A stretch of 64,000 nucleotides of DNA from positions 1-64,000 of IMG/VR virus record IMGVR_UViG_3300029448_000014. One strand, 5' to 3'. The translations under genes were made by a program, and so were the position numbers. Positions 7,174 to 16,783 of this stretch are shown here, piece by piece. The stretch's first letter is position 1; the number at the start of each line of letters is the position of its first letter. Below the pieces are notes generated by a model. It ran no database searches, was not told the DNA's origin, and saw only the letters and a list, made by a program, of their open reading frames with translations. This DNA comes from a virus.

Positions 7174-8889
7174 CTAGTTGATGTCTAAGCCTTCTGAGAA
7201 TCCGAAGTCAGGAATTGTGAAACCTCCAATCTTCCAGCGACCACCACGCTCACGTGCCTGCTTCACTTTCTTTTGAAGTGTTTCTGATTCTTCCTTACGC
7301 TTAGGACTTAGATTAGGAACAGTAGCTTGCATACCAACAGAGTCAGATAATGAACCTGCACCTGCAAGTGGTGCCATTGTCCTTGGAGTAGACATTGCTT
7401 GAATTGCAGGACCAAAGTTACCAGAATCTACAGCTAACTCACGTGCATTCTTTCCTGTAGCAAGAGTGCTTGCAGTATCGATAGCACCAATTGCAGTTAA
7501 TGGTGTAGCAACAATAGAAGAAAGTGCTGATAGAGCGTTAGGTGCTTGAGTTATACCAGCTTTAACGAGTCTATCTGTTGCCATACGTAAACCACCACCA
7601 AAAACTTCACCACCAACATATCCACCACCTACAGTAGCAGCTGCTTCTCCAACCCTACCTTCGCGTAATAGTTTGGCAGCTTCTGGTGAAGTCAAAGCAG
7701 CACCTGCTATACCCATACTTCTACCTTTTACAAACTTAGAATAAGCAGACTGCTTAGGAGAAGCTGCTTCGGGAGTCATTTGAATATAAGCATCAGATTT
7801 TTCAGGCAGAGGAATATGATTAGGTTCAAATGGATCATTATTTTCTTCGAGTAATGAGCCCCAGCCAATACGTGATTTAGTATTTGGTTTCATATTTTTA
7901 AGAGTGAACTCTTCAACCGTAGGAACTTTTCCAGTAGCTCTACCAGGATTACCAGATACAGGATGAGGTGATGCCAAATCTTCTACAACTCTAAATTCAG
8001 ATTTACCTGTAGCATCTGAGATTTTTTTAGTTAAGTCTGATAAGTATTGAGAATTACTAACGTATCCTTTAGGTTGTGGTTTTAGTCCAAGTTCATCTGC
8101 AAATTGATAAAGATCAGCAGCAGTTGTCAATCCTCCTATACGTCTACTTTCACTGCCAAACATTATGTTTTGCGATGAGTCTTCTACTCCCCATGTAGGG
8201 CGAACACCTTTAGTTGCTGCTTCATTAGCACCACCTGTATATAAATACTTTCCTTTTTCAGAAGGTTGTAAATCAGCTCCACTAAAGTGAATAGATGGGT
8301 CAGCCGTGCTTAGTTTACCAGCAGCATAATTGTTATCTGCATAAGAGTAAACAGGATTACTTCTGTGTCCCCAAAGGGTGTTAGAAGTTTGAGCACCAGC
8401 ACCTTGTTGCATTCCTTCTTTAACACCACCAAACCTAGAAGAAGTCGCTGTTGGTGTGACAGTGGCAATTGATTCTAAGCCATCTGAGTTTCGTAGATTG
8501 GTTAGATAACCTCCTCTTTGCGATGTGTCAGGTGGAATGAAGTCGGTTCCTTTGAATGGGAGCTTACGTGCTGGATTAAAGTAACGACCATTTTTAATGT
8601 AGTCAGCTTTTAATTCAGGATCTAAACCAGAAATATCCTTAGCAAAATCGAGACGATCAAACGAATCTGTATAGTCAGAATTGTTTCTAGTGTTATTAAA
8701 TATTTGTGCACCACCAAAACCCATTCCACCAATACCGGCATATAAAGCCTGCTCTCCTGCAAATTTCTTTACAGCATTTAATCTGCGTTGCCCTTCTTTG
8801 GTAACTATTGGTTGGCCGTTTGAGTCACGGCGTGATTCAGGATTGCCTCCTGGTCCATAGTAAGCCTTAAACTCAGGAAACTTTGACAT
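7174..8889 (-). CDS. large Gly/Ala-rich hypothetical protein (virion-like)
   Basis: 571 aa ORF; no recognised catalytic motif. Confidence 0.7.
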   Translation of the reverse strand: MSKFPEFKAYYGPGGNPESRRDSNGQPIVTKEGQRRLNAVKKFAGEQALYAGIGGMGFGGAQIFNNTRNNSDYTDSFDRLDFAKDISGLDPELKADYIKNGRYFNPARKLPFKGTDFIPPDTSQRGGYLTNLRNSDGLESIATVTPTATSSRFGGVKEGMQQGAGAQTSNTLWGHRSNPVYSYADNNYAAGKLSTADPSIHFSGADLQPSEKGKYLYTGGANEAATKGVRPTWGVEDSSQNIMFGSESRRIGGLTTAADLYQFADELGLKPQPKGYVSNSQYLSDLTKKISDATGKSEFRVVEDLASPHPVSGNPGRATGKVPTVEEFTLKNMKPNTKSRIGWGSLLEENNDPFEPNHIPLPEKSDAYIQMTPEAASPKQSAYSKFVKGRSMGIAGAALTSPEAAKLLREGRVGEAAATVGGGYVGGEVFGGGLRMATDRLVKAGITQAPNALSALSSIVATPLTAIGAIDTASTLATGKNARELAVDSGNFGPAIQAMSTPRTMAPLAGAGSLSDSVGMQATVPNLSPKRKEESETLQKKVKQARERGGRWKIGGFTIPDFGFSEGLDIN

Positions 8890-8915
8890 AAGGACTACAA
8901 CTACATGATCTTATT

Positions 8916-9125
8916 TTAACGGTTGAAATCAAACTCAAATACGCAGCCTTGTAACGTTGGTTTGATACCAAGTAAGCACTCTTGGTCAAGTTCTCCTTGA
9001 CCTGCCCATTTCTCTAAAGTGAAGACTACAGCAGAATGTAGCGCCCGAACACTCCGCTCGTTCATCGTAAATGTGATTTCTGTTTGCTCCATAGATAATA
9101 GTATATCTAATGTGTATCTTGCCAA
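8916..9125 (-). CDS. hypothetical protein (true start may be ATG at 9089)
   Basis: Short ORF following the polymerase gene. Confidence 0.55.
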   Translation of the reverse strand: MARYTLDILLSMEQTEITFTMNERSVRALHSAVVFTLEKWAGQGELDQECLLGIKPTLQGCVFEFDFNR

Positions 9126-10408
9126 CTAGCACCGGTATCAGCAGCAGCTGTAATCGGCACACGGAACTTGTAATACTGACCTGCAATAGGTGCAGCTTTA
9201 ACAAGTAGTTCTGCTACATGGTCAGCTTCAGTCGGCACAACAGATAGCTGAACTTCATCGTGCACATACGCACAACGGGTGTAGTCACGGTCGTATGTAA
9301 GACCTGCTTGATCAAGTAAGTCCTGCCCAACTACCACCCAACGCTTGCTGAGGATGGCGCCACATGACTGGAGTAAATAGTTGAGTGACGCATGCTCTGC
9401 GCGACAGAAAATAGGGCGGCCATCGAGGCCCCTAAGACGACCGGTATTACGGACTTTTTGTTTAACAGCATCAATAAGTGGCTCCAAACCTGGGATAGCA
9501 TCAAGGAATTTGCGGCGTAACTCTTGCCCCAGATGTTTCTTCTGTGCATCTGACAAAGCAGGCTGCAGAATATGAGCTAATTTTAGATCTCCAGCTCCAT
9601 AGATGAACCCATAGACTAAACTTTTGACCTCAGATCTTGTGCAACCAACACGGTCAGCATTCTGCTGATGTATATCACCATTCAGCACAACGTCAGCAAA
9701 AGCTCCCTCGTCAAAGACTGATAGGTAGTGCCCGAGCGCTCGAAGTTCGAGGCCCTCTAGGTCAGCACCGACCATGACGTGGCCAGGATGCGGAATGAAA
9801 AGTTGACGTGCCCACGGTGCAGAAACGACCTGTCCGAGATTCGGACCACGGTGTGCGTTACGCCCTGTCTGCGTAGCGAGGCTGCAGCTGTGATGGATGC
9901 AGTTGTCTTGTTCAATCGTGTTGAACCAAGAGTTAGCACCCTCAGACAGCTGTCCAAGCCACTTCTGCAGGGTGAGTAGACGAATGAACATCTCGCACTC
10001 TTCATGGAGTAGATCGTTTTTCTGCTGCAGTGCAAGGTCACGGATCTCAGCTAAGCAAGCTTCATCCACCTTTGGCTTACCGCTGTCAGTGAGCTTGGTG
10101 AAACGAGCACCACGGAACTGCTGTAACGCCCAGGCGATGTTCAGTCTGCTAGTCGGATTAAAGTCGATCAGCTTTGTAAAGGGAGCGCCAGCCACATAAC
10201 CCTTTGCTTTGTTCTGTCGTTTAGGCGTAAACACTTTTCCAGGCACGTAAGGGAAGCGCTTGAGAATTGCAGCTTCAAGGTCTTGCATTTCTGCAGAGAG
10301 CTCATTACGAACACGTTCAGCTGCTGCTATGTCAAAGCGGAAGCCTGAAGCTTCTTGTTGAGACATAATCTCAGCCATACGCATTTCAAGTTCAACACAA
10401 TCAAGCAT
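9107..10408 (-). CDS. polA: family A DNA polymerase, polymerase domain (T7-like)
   Basis: TGRNAH.GPNLGQV, motif A DLEGLELR, motif B KSLVYGFIYG, motif C VHDE; own SD GGAG. Confidence 0.95.
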   Translation of the reverse strand: MLDCVELEMRMAEIMSQQEASGFRFDIAAAERVRNELSAEMQDLEAAILKRFPYVPGKVFTPKRQNKAKGYVAGAPFTKLIDFNPTSRLNIAWALQQFRGARFTKLTDSGKPKVDEACLAEIRDLALQQKNDLLHEECEMFIRLLTLQKWLGQLSEGANSWFNTIEQDNCIHHSCSLATQTGRNAHRGPNLGQVVSAPWARQLFIPHPGHVMVGADLEGLELRALGHYLSVFDEGAFADVVLNGDIHQQNADRVGCTRSEVKSLVYGFIYGAGDLKLAHILQPALSDAQKKHLGQELRRKFLDAIPGLEPLIDAVKQKVRNTGRLRGLDGRPIFCRAEHASLNYLLQSCGAILSKRWVVVGQDLLDQAGLTYDRDYTRCAYVHDEVQLSVVPTEADHVAELLVKAAPIAGQYYKFRVPITAAADTGASWQDTH

Positions 10409-10484
10409 CTAGTTTCTCCATAATTGATTAAATCTAAATTTGAGTTTTTCTCTTCACCAGGTTTATTAGTAGAAAGCTAATTTG

Positions 10485-11024
10485 TTAGGCATAGTCGTTC
10501 ATTCTGCGAAGCATTAGTTCATATAATTTGACAGTAACTTCTGTATCTTGAATACAGTAGTCAAGCATTTCTGGTGTGTATACATCCCAGGCAGCTTCGT
10601 GTTTACCGAAGTCACCTTTAAAGCACTTAAGGCGGTAGCCCCATGCTTCTAGACTATGTCGTCCATAGAGTTTTTGTGGCATACCGTAAGGCCTACGCTC
10701 TTGATCTCGCTCCATGATGTGTGGATAAAATAATCTGCTAAGAACAAGCGTGTCGATAGCTTGTCCTTGGAAATTAAAATCATACGCTTCTTTGATTAAG
10801 GGGATGTCATAACCAAGAATGTTATGACCAATGAGTACATCTGCACGACATAGAGTATCAATGCCATCATCAATATCAAGACGTGGAGCGTCCCAGACAA
10901 TTGGTTTATCAGCTTGACTTAGGTCTCGTGCGACAATACAGTGAATTTTAGATCCACGGCGAAGTAAGCCCGTTGATTCCAGATCAAAAAGTAGTGCTTT
11001 CTTGGTCATTGGTTTGTTCGTCAT
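10485..11024 (-). CDS. 3'-5' exonuclease domain of the family A polymerase, encoded separately
   Basis: FDLES, GHNILGYD, HSLEAWGYRL and YCIQD; start at 11024 or 11009 is more likely than 11168. Confidence 0.9.
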   Translation of the reverse strand: MTNKPMTKKALLFDLESTGLLRRGSKIHCIVARDLSQADKPIVWDAPRLDIDDGIDTLCRADVLIGHNILGYDIPLIKEAYDFNFQGQAIDTLVLSRLFYPHIMERDQERRPYGMPQKLYGRHSLEAWGYRLKCFKGDFGKHEAAWDVYTPEMLDYCIQDTEVTVKLYELMLRRMNDYA

Positions 11025-11568
11025 GTAGTGAAGATTCGATACGGCTTGGTTCTGTCGGGATATGAACGTAGAGGTCTTTGTTGTCAAATTGCTCTTCGCG
11101 GTCGTCGAATCTTGGTGCTTGATTGTTGGTACTGAAACGTTCGTCTTCATTATCAAATAGTGGTTCAATGGATATAAAAAGTTCTCGGGCTAATCGTGCC
11201 GCACGTCTAAATTCATCTTTGTAGTATGGTTCCCAATCGTGAGCTAGAACCATAATTTTACGAATGCCCATCAGGTACAACTGAAAGACAGATGCAGAGA
11301 AGGGATAGCGAGTCGAGTAAATGACAGCTCCAGTAATTGGAGTGCCTCGTTTGCAAGCAGTGGCAATAGCATACGTTATGCAATCAAGTTCAACTTTGCA
11401 GTCGGCAAGGATACTGCGGCCATCACCACATATTTCACGATCACGAATAATCACGCAACCACCTGGTGCGATTGGATGTGTACTAGCAGTAGCTACTTGC
11501 TTGGCTAAATTCATGAAGTATTTATCTTTGTTTTTGATAAATGTTGGATCTGACTTAGGTGCAGGCAT
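10984..11568 (-). CDS. dCMP deaminase-fold protein lacking Zn/catalytic residues
   Basis: DKYFMNLAKQVA..S, G.VIIRD, GAVIYST and GIRKI are present, but HAE is replaced by DCI and PCxxC by PFSAS. Confidence 0.75.
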   Translation of the reverse strand: MPAPKSDPTFIKNKDKYFMNLAKQVATASTHPIAPGGCVIIRDREICGDGRSILADCKVELDCITYAIATACKRGTPITGAVIYSTRYPFSASVFQLYLMGIRKIMVLAHDWEPYYKDEFRRAARLARELFISIEPLFDNEDERFSTNNQAPRFDDREEQFDNKDLYVHIPTEPSRIESSLHDEQTNDQESTTF

Positions 11569-11618
11569 ATCTCACATATAGAGTCGGTTGTTTCTATATT
11601 AGATAGGCAGGCTAATAA

Positions 11619-12014
11619 ATGAGACATATGGATTACGATGAGTTCAAGAAAGAATATAAAACATATATGGAAAATGATATGTGGAATTTCAACCAAGAGG
11701 AAGATTCTATTGAGCCTGAAGGTGTTTCGAGACTTACTGATTTTTTAGAGCGTCGTAACAAAGTAGTTTCATTATCTAAAAACTATACAAGTCCAAACGA
11801 TATGGTCAACAGTCCTGCACACTACACTCGTGGTAGTCAAGAGGTTATTGACATTATCGAGCAAGCTATCAGTGACGCACCCAGTAATACAGAAGGGTAT
11901 TTACAGGGGCAAGCACTGAAGTATTTACTTCGTGTTTGGCTGAAGGATAATCCGAAACAAGATTGTGAAAAAGCTATGTGGTATATGAATCGATTAATTG
12001 ATAAGCTCGACTAA
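11619..12014 (+). CDS. DUF3310 / T7 gp1.7-like nucleotide kinase
   Basis: DMVNSPAHYT..EVIDII..GYLQGQALKY..R...K...D..KA.WY. Confidence 0.85.
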   Translation: MRHMDYDEFKKEYKTYMENDMWNFNQEEDSIEPEGVSRLTDFLERRNKVVSLSKNYTSPNDMVNSPAHYTRGSQEVIDIIEQAISDAPSNTEGYLQGQALKYLLRVWLKDNPKQDCEKAMWYMNRLIDKLD

Positions 12015-12035
12015 GACAGTGCCGGCGTTAGCCGG

Positions 12036-12455
12036 CTAACATCGTTGAAAGTATAGATTACCATCAGCATGTGAGAGAGATTCGAACTCTTGAATATGGG
12101 GGCTAATTTTTTCTAATACAGTTTTAGTGTCTATAGAGGCGTGTCGAAAGGTACATGCATAACCCTCGGCAAAAGGGTGATGCTCGTGTATTGGTATGTA
12201 CCACATTAAAGGTATTAAACAATCCCATAGTTCTAGGCCTTGCGATGCCCAGCAATTAAGCTCTTCCAATCGAGCCGCTGTTTTGATGATATGGGCTTCG
12301 TGAGCTTCAGTTTCAGGTAGAAACAGTTCTTGGTAGGGAGATACAAGAGCATGTCTCCACATAATTGTCCCATCCCGATGTATTAGCCGGGAGTGATGCA
12401 CTTGATTTCCAGAAGGTAAAGTGTAAAAAGAAGAAGCTACGAGATGCTTAACCAT
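12036..12455 (-). CDS. peptidase M15A-like fold, apparently inactive
   Basis: W..A...LP.....HII..A.RLE and WY.P are present; the SxHxxGxAxDF box reads HPFAEGYACTF. Confidence 0.5.
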   Translation of the reverse strand: MVKHLVASSFYTLPSGNQVHHSRLIHRDGTIMWRHALVSPYQELFLPETEAHEAHIIKTAARLEELNCWASQGLELWDCLIPLMWYIPIHEHHPFAEGYACTFRHASIDTKTVLEKISPHIQEFESLSHADGNLYFQRC

Positions 12456-13123
12456 CAGACATTACCTTTGCGTTCTTCGTAATATTCAAGATCTCTTTGC
12501 CAGGAATCACCAGTAAACTCATTTAATACTACTCTGCCGATATCACGGAAAGTATTATAAAAAAGTGAAACTTTATCGACCGAAGTTATCATGACATCAA
12601 TGGGAGGTCCGTAAATGATCAAGTTCCAGGTAGACGGACAAACTGGCTCAAATCCCTTAGCTGTTGCTCTAAGTTGTTTTACCCGCTTGAATGGTATGCA
12701 GAATGGATAATCAAGCAGAGCGGGAGCTGCTCGTATAATTTCCGAAGCACTAGTAAAGAATACAAAACTATTAATATAATGATTACGATATTCATTAATG
12801 GTTTTGTTTAGCCAAATTCGATTTGTACGTACTGCACCTTTAGGTGAGACGAAGACATTTCCATGCCAATGTTCTTGCAAAGGATTTGCTTCAACAGAGG
12901 GCACAGATGTTGCATCAACAAGTACCTGCTGAACTGGATCAGACGTGGGGTCAAAATCAATTGATCCCATAACTGTACGAGCTCGCTCAATGATTTCAGG
13001 TGTTGGATATAGCGGTAGTTTTAATCCAGATGCTTTTAGCTTATCCGCTAAATTCTGCTGTGACCGCTCGGAGGCTTTCTTGGCCCCCTCCTGCTTCGAT
13101 ACTAAATGTTCTTGTTCCAGCAT
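12455..13123 (-). CDS. phage N6-adenine methyltransferase-fold protein lacking NPPY
   Basis: TPEIIERARTVMGSIDFDPTS and W.GNVF are present; motif IV reads SPKG. Confidence 0.7.
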   Translation of the reverse strand: MLEQEHLVSKQEGAKKASERSQQNLADKLKASGLKLPLYPTPEIIERARTVMGSIDFDPTSDPVQQVLVDATSVPSVEANPLQEHWHGNVFVSPKGAVRTNRIWLNKTINEYRNHYINSFVFFTSASEIIRAAPALLDYPFCIPFKRVKQLRATAKGFEPVCPSTWNLIIYGPPIDVMITSVDKVSLFYNTFRDIGRVVLNEFTGDSWQRDLEYYEERKGNV

Positions 13124-13463
13124 TACTGATCAGTGTAATTAATACGTTTTTAGACCAGTCATTCTCGTCAATTTGCTCAAGCAGCGAACGTAAGAACTCC
13201 ACAATTTCTGTATCCTCTTCGCGTTCAGCAGAGACTAAATCAGATTCAACATCATGCCCAGACATATATGTTGTGGAGTCGTTGACTAAATTGATAACTA
13301 AGGAACCTGCGCCATTGGCTTCAACTCCATTCATTGCAACGTTAATTAAGTCTGTAAGTATAAGCTCAGCAGTAGCGGCCAAAAATTTTTGTTCGTTATC
13401 TTTCTCTTCTCCGAATTTATCAGATTGAAGAAGTTGCTGAAGTAGATCTGTACGTCTAGACAT
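13041..13463 (-). CDS. hypothetical protein
   Basis: 140 aa ORF in the operon. Confidence 0.65.
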   Translation of the reverse strand: MSRRTDLLQQLLQSDKFGEEKDNEQKFLAATAELILTDLINVAMNGVEANGAGSLVINLVNDSTTYMSGHDVESDLVSAEREEDTEIVEFLRSLLEQIDENDWSKNVLITLISNAGTRTFSIEAGGGQESLRAVTAEFSG

Positions 13464-13495
13464 AATTGAATGACTCTTTAATAAGGATAAGTAAT

Positions 13496-14311
13496 TTAAT
13501 GTTCTTCTGTGGGGTTACTATCGTTTTCCTCTATATCTGTTGGAGCACGAAATAGTCCAGGATCAGAAGGCTCTGTTTGAGAAATATGAGTACCGGATAA
13601 CATATCGTTCATGACAGCTTCAAACCGGTCTGCAAATGCAGTAGATGGATCTAGAAGAAGAGCTGCTCTAGCTTCAATTTCTTCTGTATTGTCATTCTTC
13701 TGCTCTTCTTTTAATGCCTCTTCAATCACATACTCAGCAACCTGCTGGCGTAATGTGTGAAGCTGACATGCAAGTTCAAATGAATCAATATAACTGTCTT
13801 GATCTACAAATACACCAACATGCTGCGGAATTAGATGGAACGGGTTACAGCAATATTTTTCGCCACATGTTGTTTTGACACCAGTGAAACCTAAGTCACC
13901 CCACGTTAACCACATTGCAACTCGCTGAGGATGATGCTGAGTGGAAGTAGAGATTCCAGGCCTACGCCATGAAAACTGAGGTTGCTTTGTTCTAGGATTA
14001 ACAACCCCATTCCACAACCAGCATTCATCAGGCTGACCTATATCAACTTGAGACCAGAACTTTAATGCCTTACTTCTATATTTTTTAAGCAGTCGGTCAA
14101 TATCAAAGGAAAGCATTCCTTCTCTTGCTGAGGCAACACAACGAACACAAGCTTGATGGCTGTCGTAACGCATTGAGTGTGAACTAAATCGTCCTAGCGA
14201 ATGTCCACTGTAGATGCATAATTCACCCTCTTCGGCAGTATTGGACATTTGCATATGACGTCTGCCATATGCATGTCCTCCTACCCGTTTGTTAGGTTTT
14301 GCTTCAGCCAT
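13496..14311 (-). CDS. Zn-finger plus HNH_3-like domain protein with a degenerate active site
   Basis: C..GH...CVRC, FWSQVD...ECWLW, HPQRVA and VKTTCGEKYCCNPFHL. Confidence 0.7.
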   Translation of the reverse strand: MAEAKPNKRVGGHAYGRRHMQMSNTAEEGELCIYSGHSLGRFSSHSMRYDSHQACVRCVASAREGMLSFDIDRLLKKYRSKALKFWSQVDIGQPDECWLWNGVVNPRTKQPQFSWRRPGISTSTQHHPQRVAMWLTWGDLGFTGVKTTCGEKYCCNPFHLIPQHVGVFVDQDSYIDSFELACQLHTLRQQVAEYVIEEALKEEQKNDNTEEIEARAALLLDPSTAFADRFEAVMNDMLSGTHISQTEPSDPGLFRAPTDIEENDSNPTEEH

Positions 14312-14312
14312 A

Positions 14313-14549
14313 TTAACTTTTTACATGTGGATTAACATAGGATCCACCCAATGCTGGATACTGATCTTCATTAGGTAATGCGCTTAACTGATGATTGATC
14401 ATGTATTCATAACGAGTGCTATTTTCATACTTTATACGAACAAGCTTCGATTTGGGAGTGTAATACTCAGGATTGCCTACAACTAATGCAGTCATGTCAT
14501 TAGGCGACACGAGCACTCGTAAGCCGATTTTAATATCAGTTGATTCCAT
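14313..14549 (-). CDS. small SH3/KOW-like hypothetical protein
   Basis: IKIGLRVLV.....ALVVG beta pattern. Confidence 0.6.
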   Translation of the reverse strand: MESTDIKIGLRVLVSPNDMTALVVGNPEYYTPKSKLVRIKYENSTRYEYMINHQLSALPNEDQYPALGGSYVNPHVKS

Positions 14550-14569
14550 TTTAAAAAAAAATATATTGT

Positions 14570-16783
14570 TTAGAAGTCGTTGAGAATATGATCTTCTGTT
14601 AGTGGATCATCAGATGGACGAATCCATAGACGAATAGACTTAACTTTATTAGTCACAGGATCTTTACGTGAAGTATTTAATCGTCGCCAGCCAAGTGTCT
14701 GTAGGACATCAGCTACACGTCGAGCTTCCCGCCTCCCTTGTTGCCTAGGGTCAAGGTCAAGAGCTTTGGTAAGAACCTCAGCAGCAGTAACCTCTTCTCT
14801 AATTGTGACATAGTGACTAATTTTTTCCATCCAAGGATCTGGATCACCAAACTCTTGAATGTACTCAGCTATTTGTGCAATTTCCCCACTATTGAATTCA
14901 TATGAATTGCCATTTCGATAGGCTTGAACAGCTGAAGCCCAAAGGGAATCACGTTCATCGCTAATCTGCTTCCAAGGAATAAGGAAGCCACTGCCAATTT
15001 CAAGAGGTACAAAGCGACGATTCCCTGTACTGTCAACCAGAAACTGATTACGATTAGTCGTGCCAATCATAACAAAGCGACGAAGAAGTCGCTCTGGAAG
15101 ACTAGCATAAGGACGCCTTACTTCATCACAACGTGTTGTAATTAGATTCTTAAAGTTCTCAATATTACGAGACTGAAAGAAGTGATCAATCTCAGGAAGC
15201 TCTAGCAACCAAGCAACGTGCAATCTATATTGCTCTTTCATTAAGGTCTCCAATGGTGTAGAGACTTCAGCAAAGAGCTTCTCAGGAACAAGGCTACGGC
15301 TAAACATTGACTTACCGACGCCTTGTGCACCGACTAAGATCGGAAGCCAGGACATAGAGCAGCCAGGGTTATAAGCACGAGCTACTGCACCAATCATCAT
15401 CCGCTGCATAGCTAGGGTTGCTAGTTGATGCTTATTACCAAGAAATACTTCTCCTATGGAATCCCAGTCTTTATGTGGAATTGCATGTGCAGAACAGGAA
15501 TCTAAGTAGCTCTTGATAGGGCAGTACTTGTTTTTACCTGCTGCATATTGAATAGCTGACTTGATACGTTGCTCAGGAATAAAGACGCCATACTCACAAG
15601 CTAGCTTGGTAGTCATTAAGTCAAGGTCACTACCCTCTAACTCAATAGTTCGACCTTGAGCGTTGTTATATTCAATAGCCCCAGTAAGTTGATTTTTTCG
15701 TAAGTTACTGAGAATTTCTTTGACTTTGTTTACATCAGCTTCACGTTCTTTTGCAGCATCACTACTAGAACGCTTAGGTCTTCCTTTAGTTCTTTTGGCT
15801 AGAGAAGAATCGGGAATAGGTTCGAATACAGGATCCAATTTCATCTCCATGTTATTTATTACTTCATCAAAATTTGGCAGAGCATCAAACTCTATATAAC
15901 CTACCGCTGAACCGACTGCACCAAAGCGTAGCTCTGGAGGTAATTGTGATGACCAATTACTACTTTGTCGTTTAGCTAGTGAGTACAATTTAGCAGGGCC
16001 ACTATGGTTACCGAGACCACGCCATTTAAATGGTTGTATATTTTCTGGTTTTTCTCCATGGTGCCCACGTAATACCCAGTCAACCCAATCATCAAAGAGT
16101 GGTTGGCCTATGGCCGCACAGGCTGCCATAACTGGCACAAAACGTGTTTCATATTCGCCGTCTTCTGATGGCACTAAAAAGTTTTTAAGTAGCCACTGAC
16201 ATCTTTTGACATCTGTATCAGTTACATCGGACGCTACAAAATCTGTAGGGTCGTCATAGTCAATATCAGTCAGTAAGAACTCAGGGACAAGAGCACCTTC
16301 ATTAGTGAGCCAGTCAGCATTGGTGTTGCCATACCAAAGACGCTCTGACTTTTGACCACAGTTATCTTTAATAGTTTCAATACCGAGGTCAGCAAACAAA
16401 CGGTTAACGACAAGCCAGTAAGCACCACGATGCTGTGACGTAGAAGTCAGTTGCAACCCCAGGGGGAATAAAGCACGGAACCTGTGCTCTGCTTCCGTAT
16501 GACTAGCAGTGGTGTAGGTAGCAACACACCAATTACGTGCAGTATCTGTTTTCCAGAATGCATCAAGAGTAGTGTCACCATCAATATCTACAACAACTAA
16601 GTTGCTGCCTGATGCATTATCTACACGTCTGTGACGTTCAACAAAATGAGTGGCACACCAGCCGTAGCCGGCTTCCACCCATCCTCGTAGCCAAGTAAGG
16701 CTTTCTTCAATGTTTAGCCAGCCATGAGCTGGTTGCTTTTCTTTGTTTCGGCAGTCTTTATGTACTGCTATCCGCAGCTTCAT
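14570..16783 (-). CDS. primase-helicase (primase-like domain + PriCT + VapE ATPase)
   Basis: VVVDIDG, YTTASH..RFRALF, Walker A GAQGVGKS, RRPY and GTTN...D.TGNRRF. Confidence 0.9.
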   Translation of the reverse strand: MKLRIAVHKDCRNKEKQPAHGWLNIEESLTWLRGWVEAGYGWCATHFVERHRRVDNASGSNLVVVDIDGDTTLDAFWKTDTARNWCVATYTTASHTEAEHRFRALFPLGLQLTSTSQHRGAYWLVVNRLFADLGIETIKDNCGQKSERLWYGNTNADWLTNEGALVPEFLLTDIDYDDPTDFVASDVTDTDVKRCQWLLKNFLVPSEDGEYETRFVPVMAACAAIGQPLFDDWVDWVLRGHHGEKPENIQPFKWRGLGNHSGPAKLYSLAKRQSSNWSSQLPPELRFGAVGSAVGYIEFDALPNFDEVINNMEMKLDPVFEPIPDSSLAKRTKGRPKRSSSDAAKEREADVNKVKEILSNLRKNQLTGAIEYNNAQGRTIELEGSDLDLMTTKLACEYGVFIPEQRIKSAIQYAAGKNKYCPIKSYLDSCSAHAIPHKDWDSIGEVFLGNKHQLATLAMQRMMIGAVARAYNPGCSMSWLPILVGAQGVGKSMFSRSLVPEKLFAEVSTPLETLMKEQYRLHVAWLLELPEIDHFFQSRNIENFKNLITTRCDEVRRPYASLPERLLRRFVMIGTTNRNQFLVDSTGNRRFVPLEIGSGFLIPWKQISDERDSLWASAVQAYRNGNSYEFNSGEIAQIAEYIQEFGDPDPWMEKISHYVTIREEVTAAEVLTKALDLDPRQQGRREARRVADVLQTLGWRRLNTSRKDPVTNKVKSIRLWIRPSDDPLTEDHILNDF

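Noticed and set aside
9331-10199. Multiple alternative-frame and antisense ORFs within polA (likewise within nrdB, the DUF932 gene and terL)
   Set aside because: Expected in GC-richer coding DNA; no motifs or ribosome-binding sites.
11025-11168. N-terminal extension of the exonuclease ORF in the track
   Set aside because: It overlaps the deaminase-like gene deeply, and the conserved domain begins at LLFDLES.
12074-12092. T-arm-like GAGTTCGAATCTC on the minus strand
   Set aside because: It lies inside a coding region (QEFESLS) with no D arm or anticodon arm.
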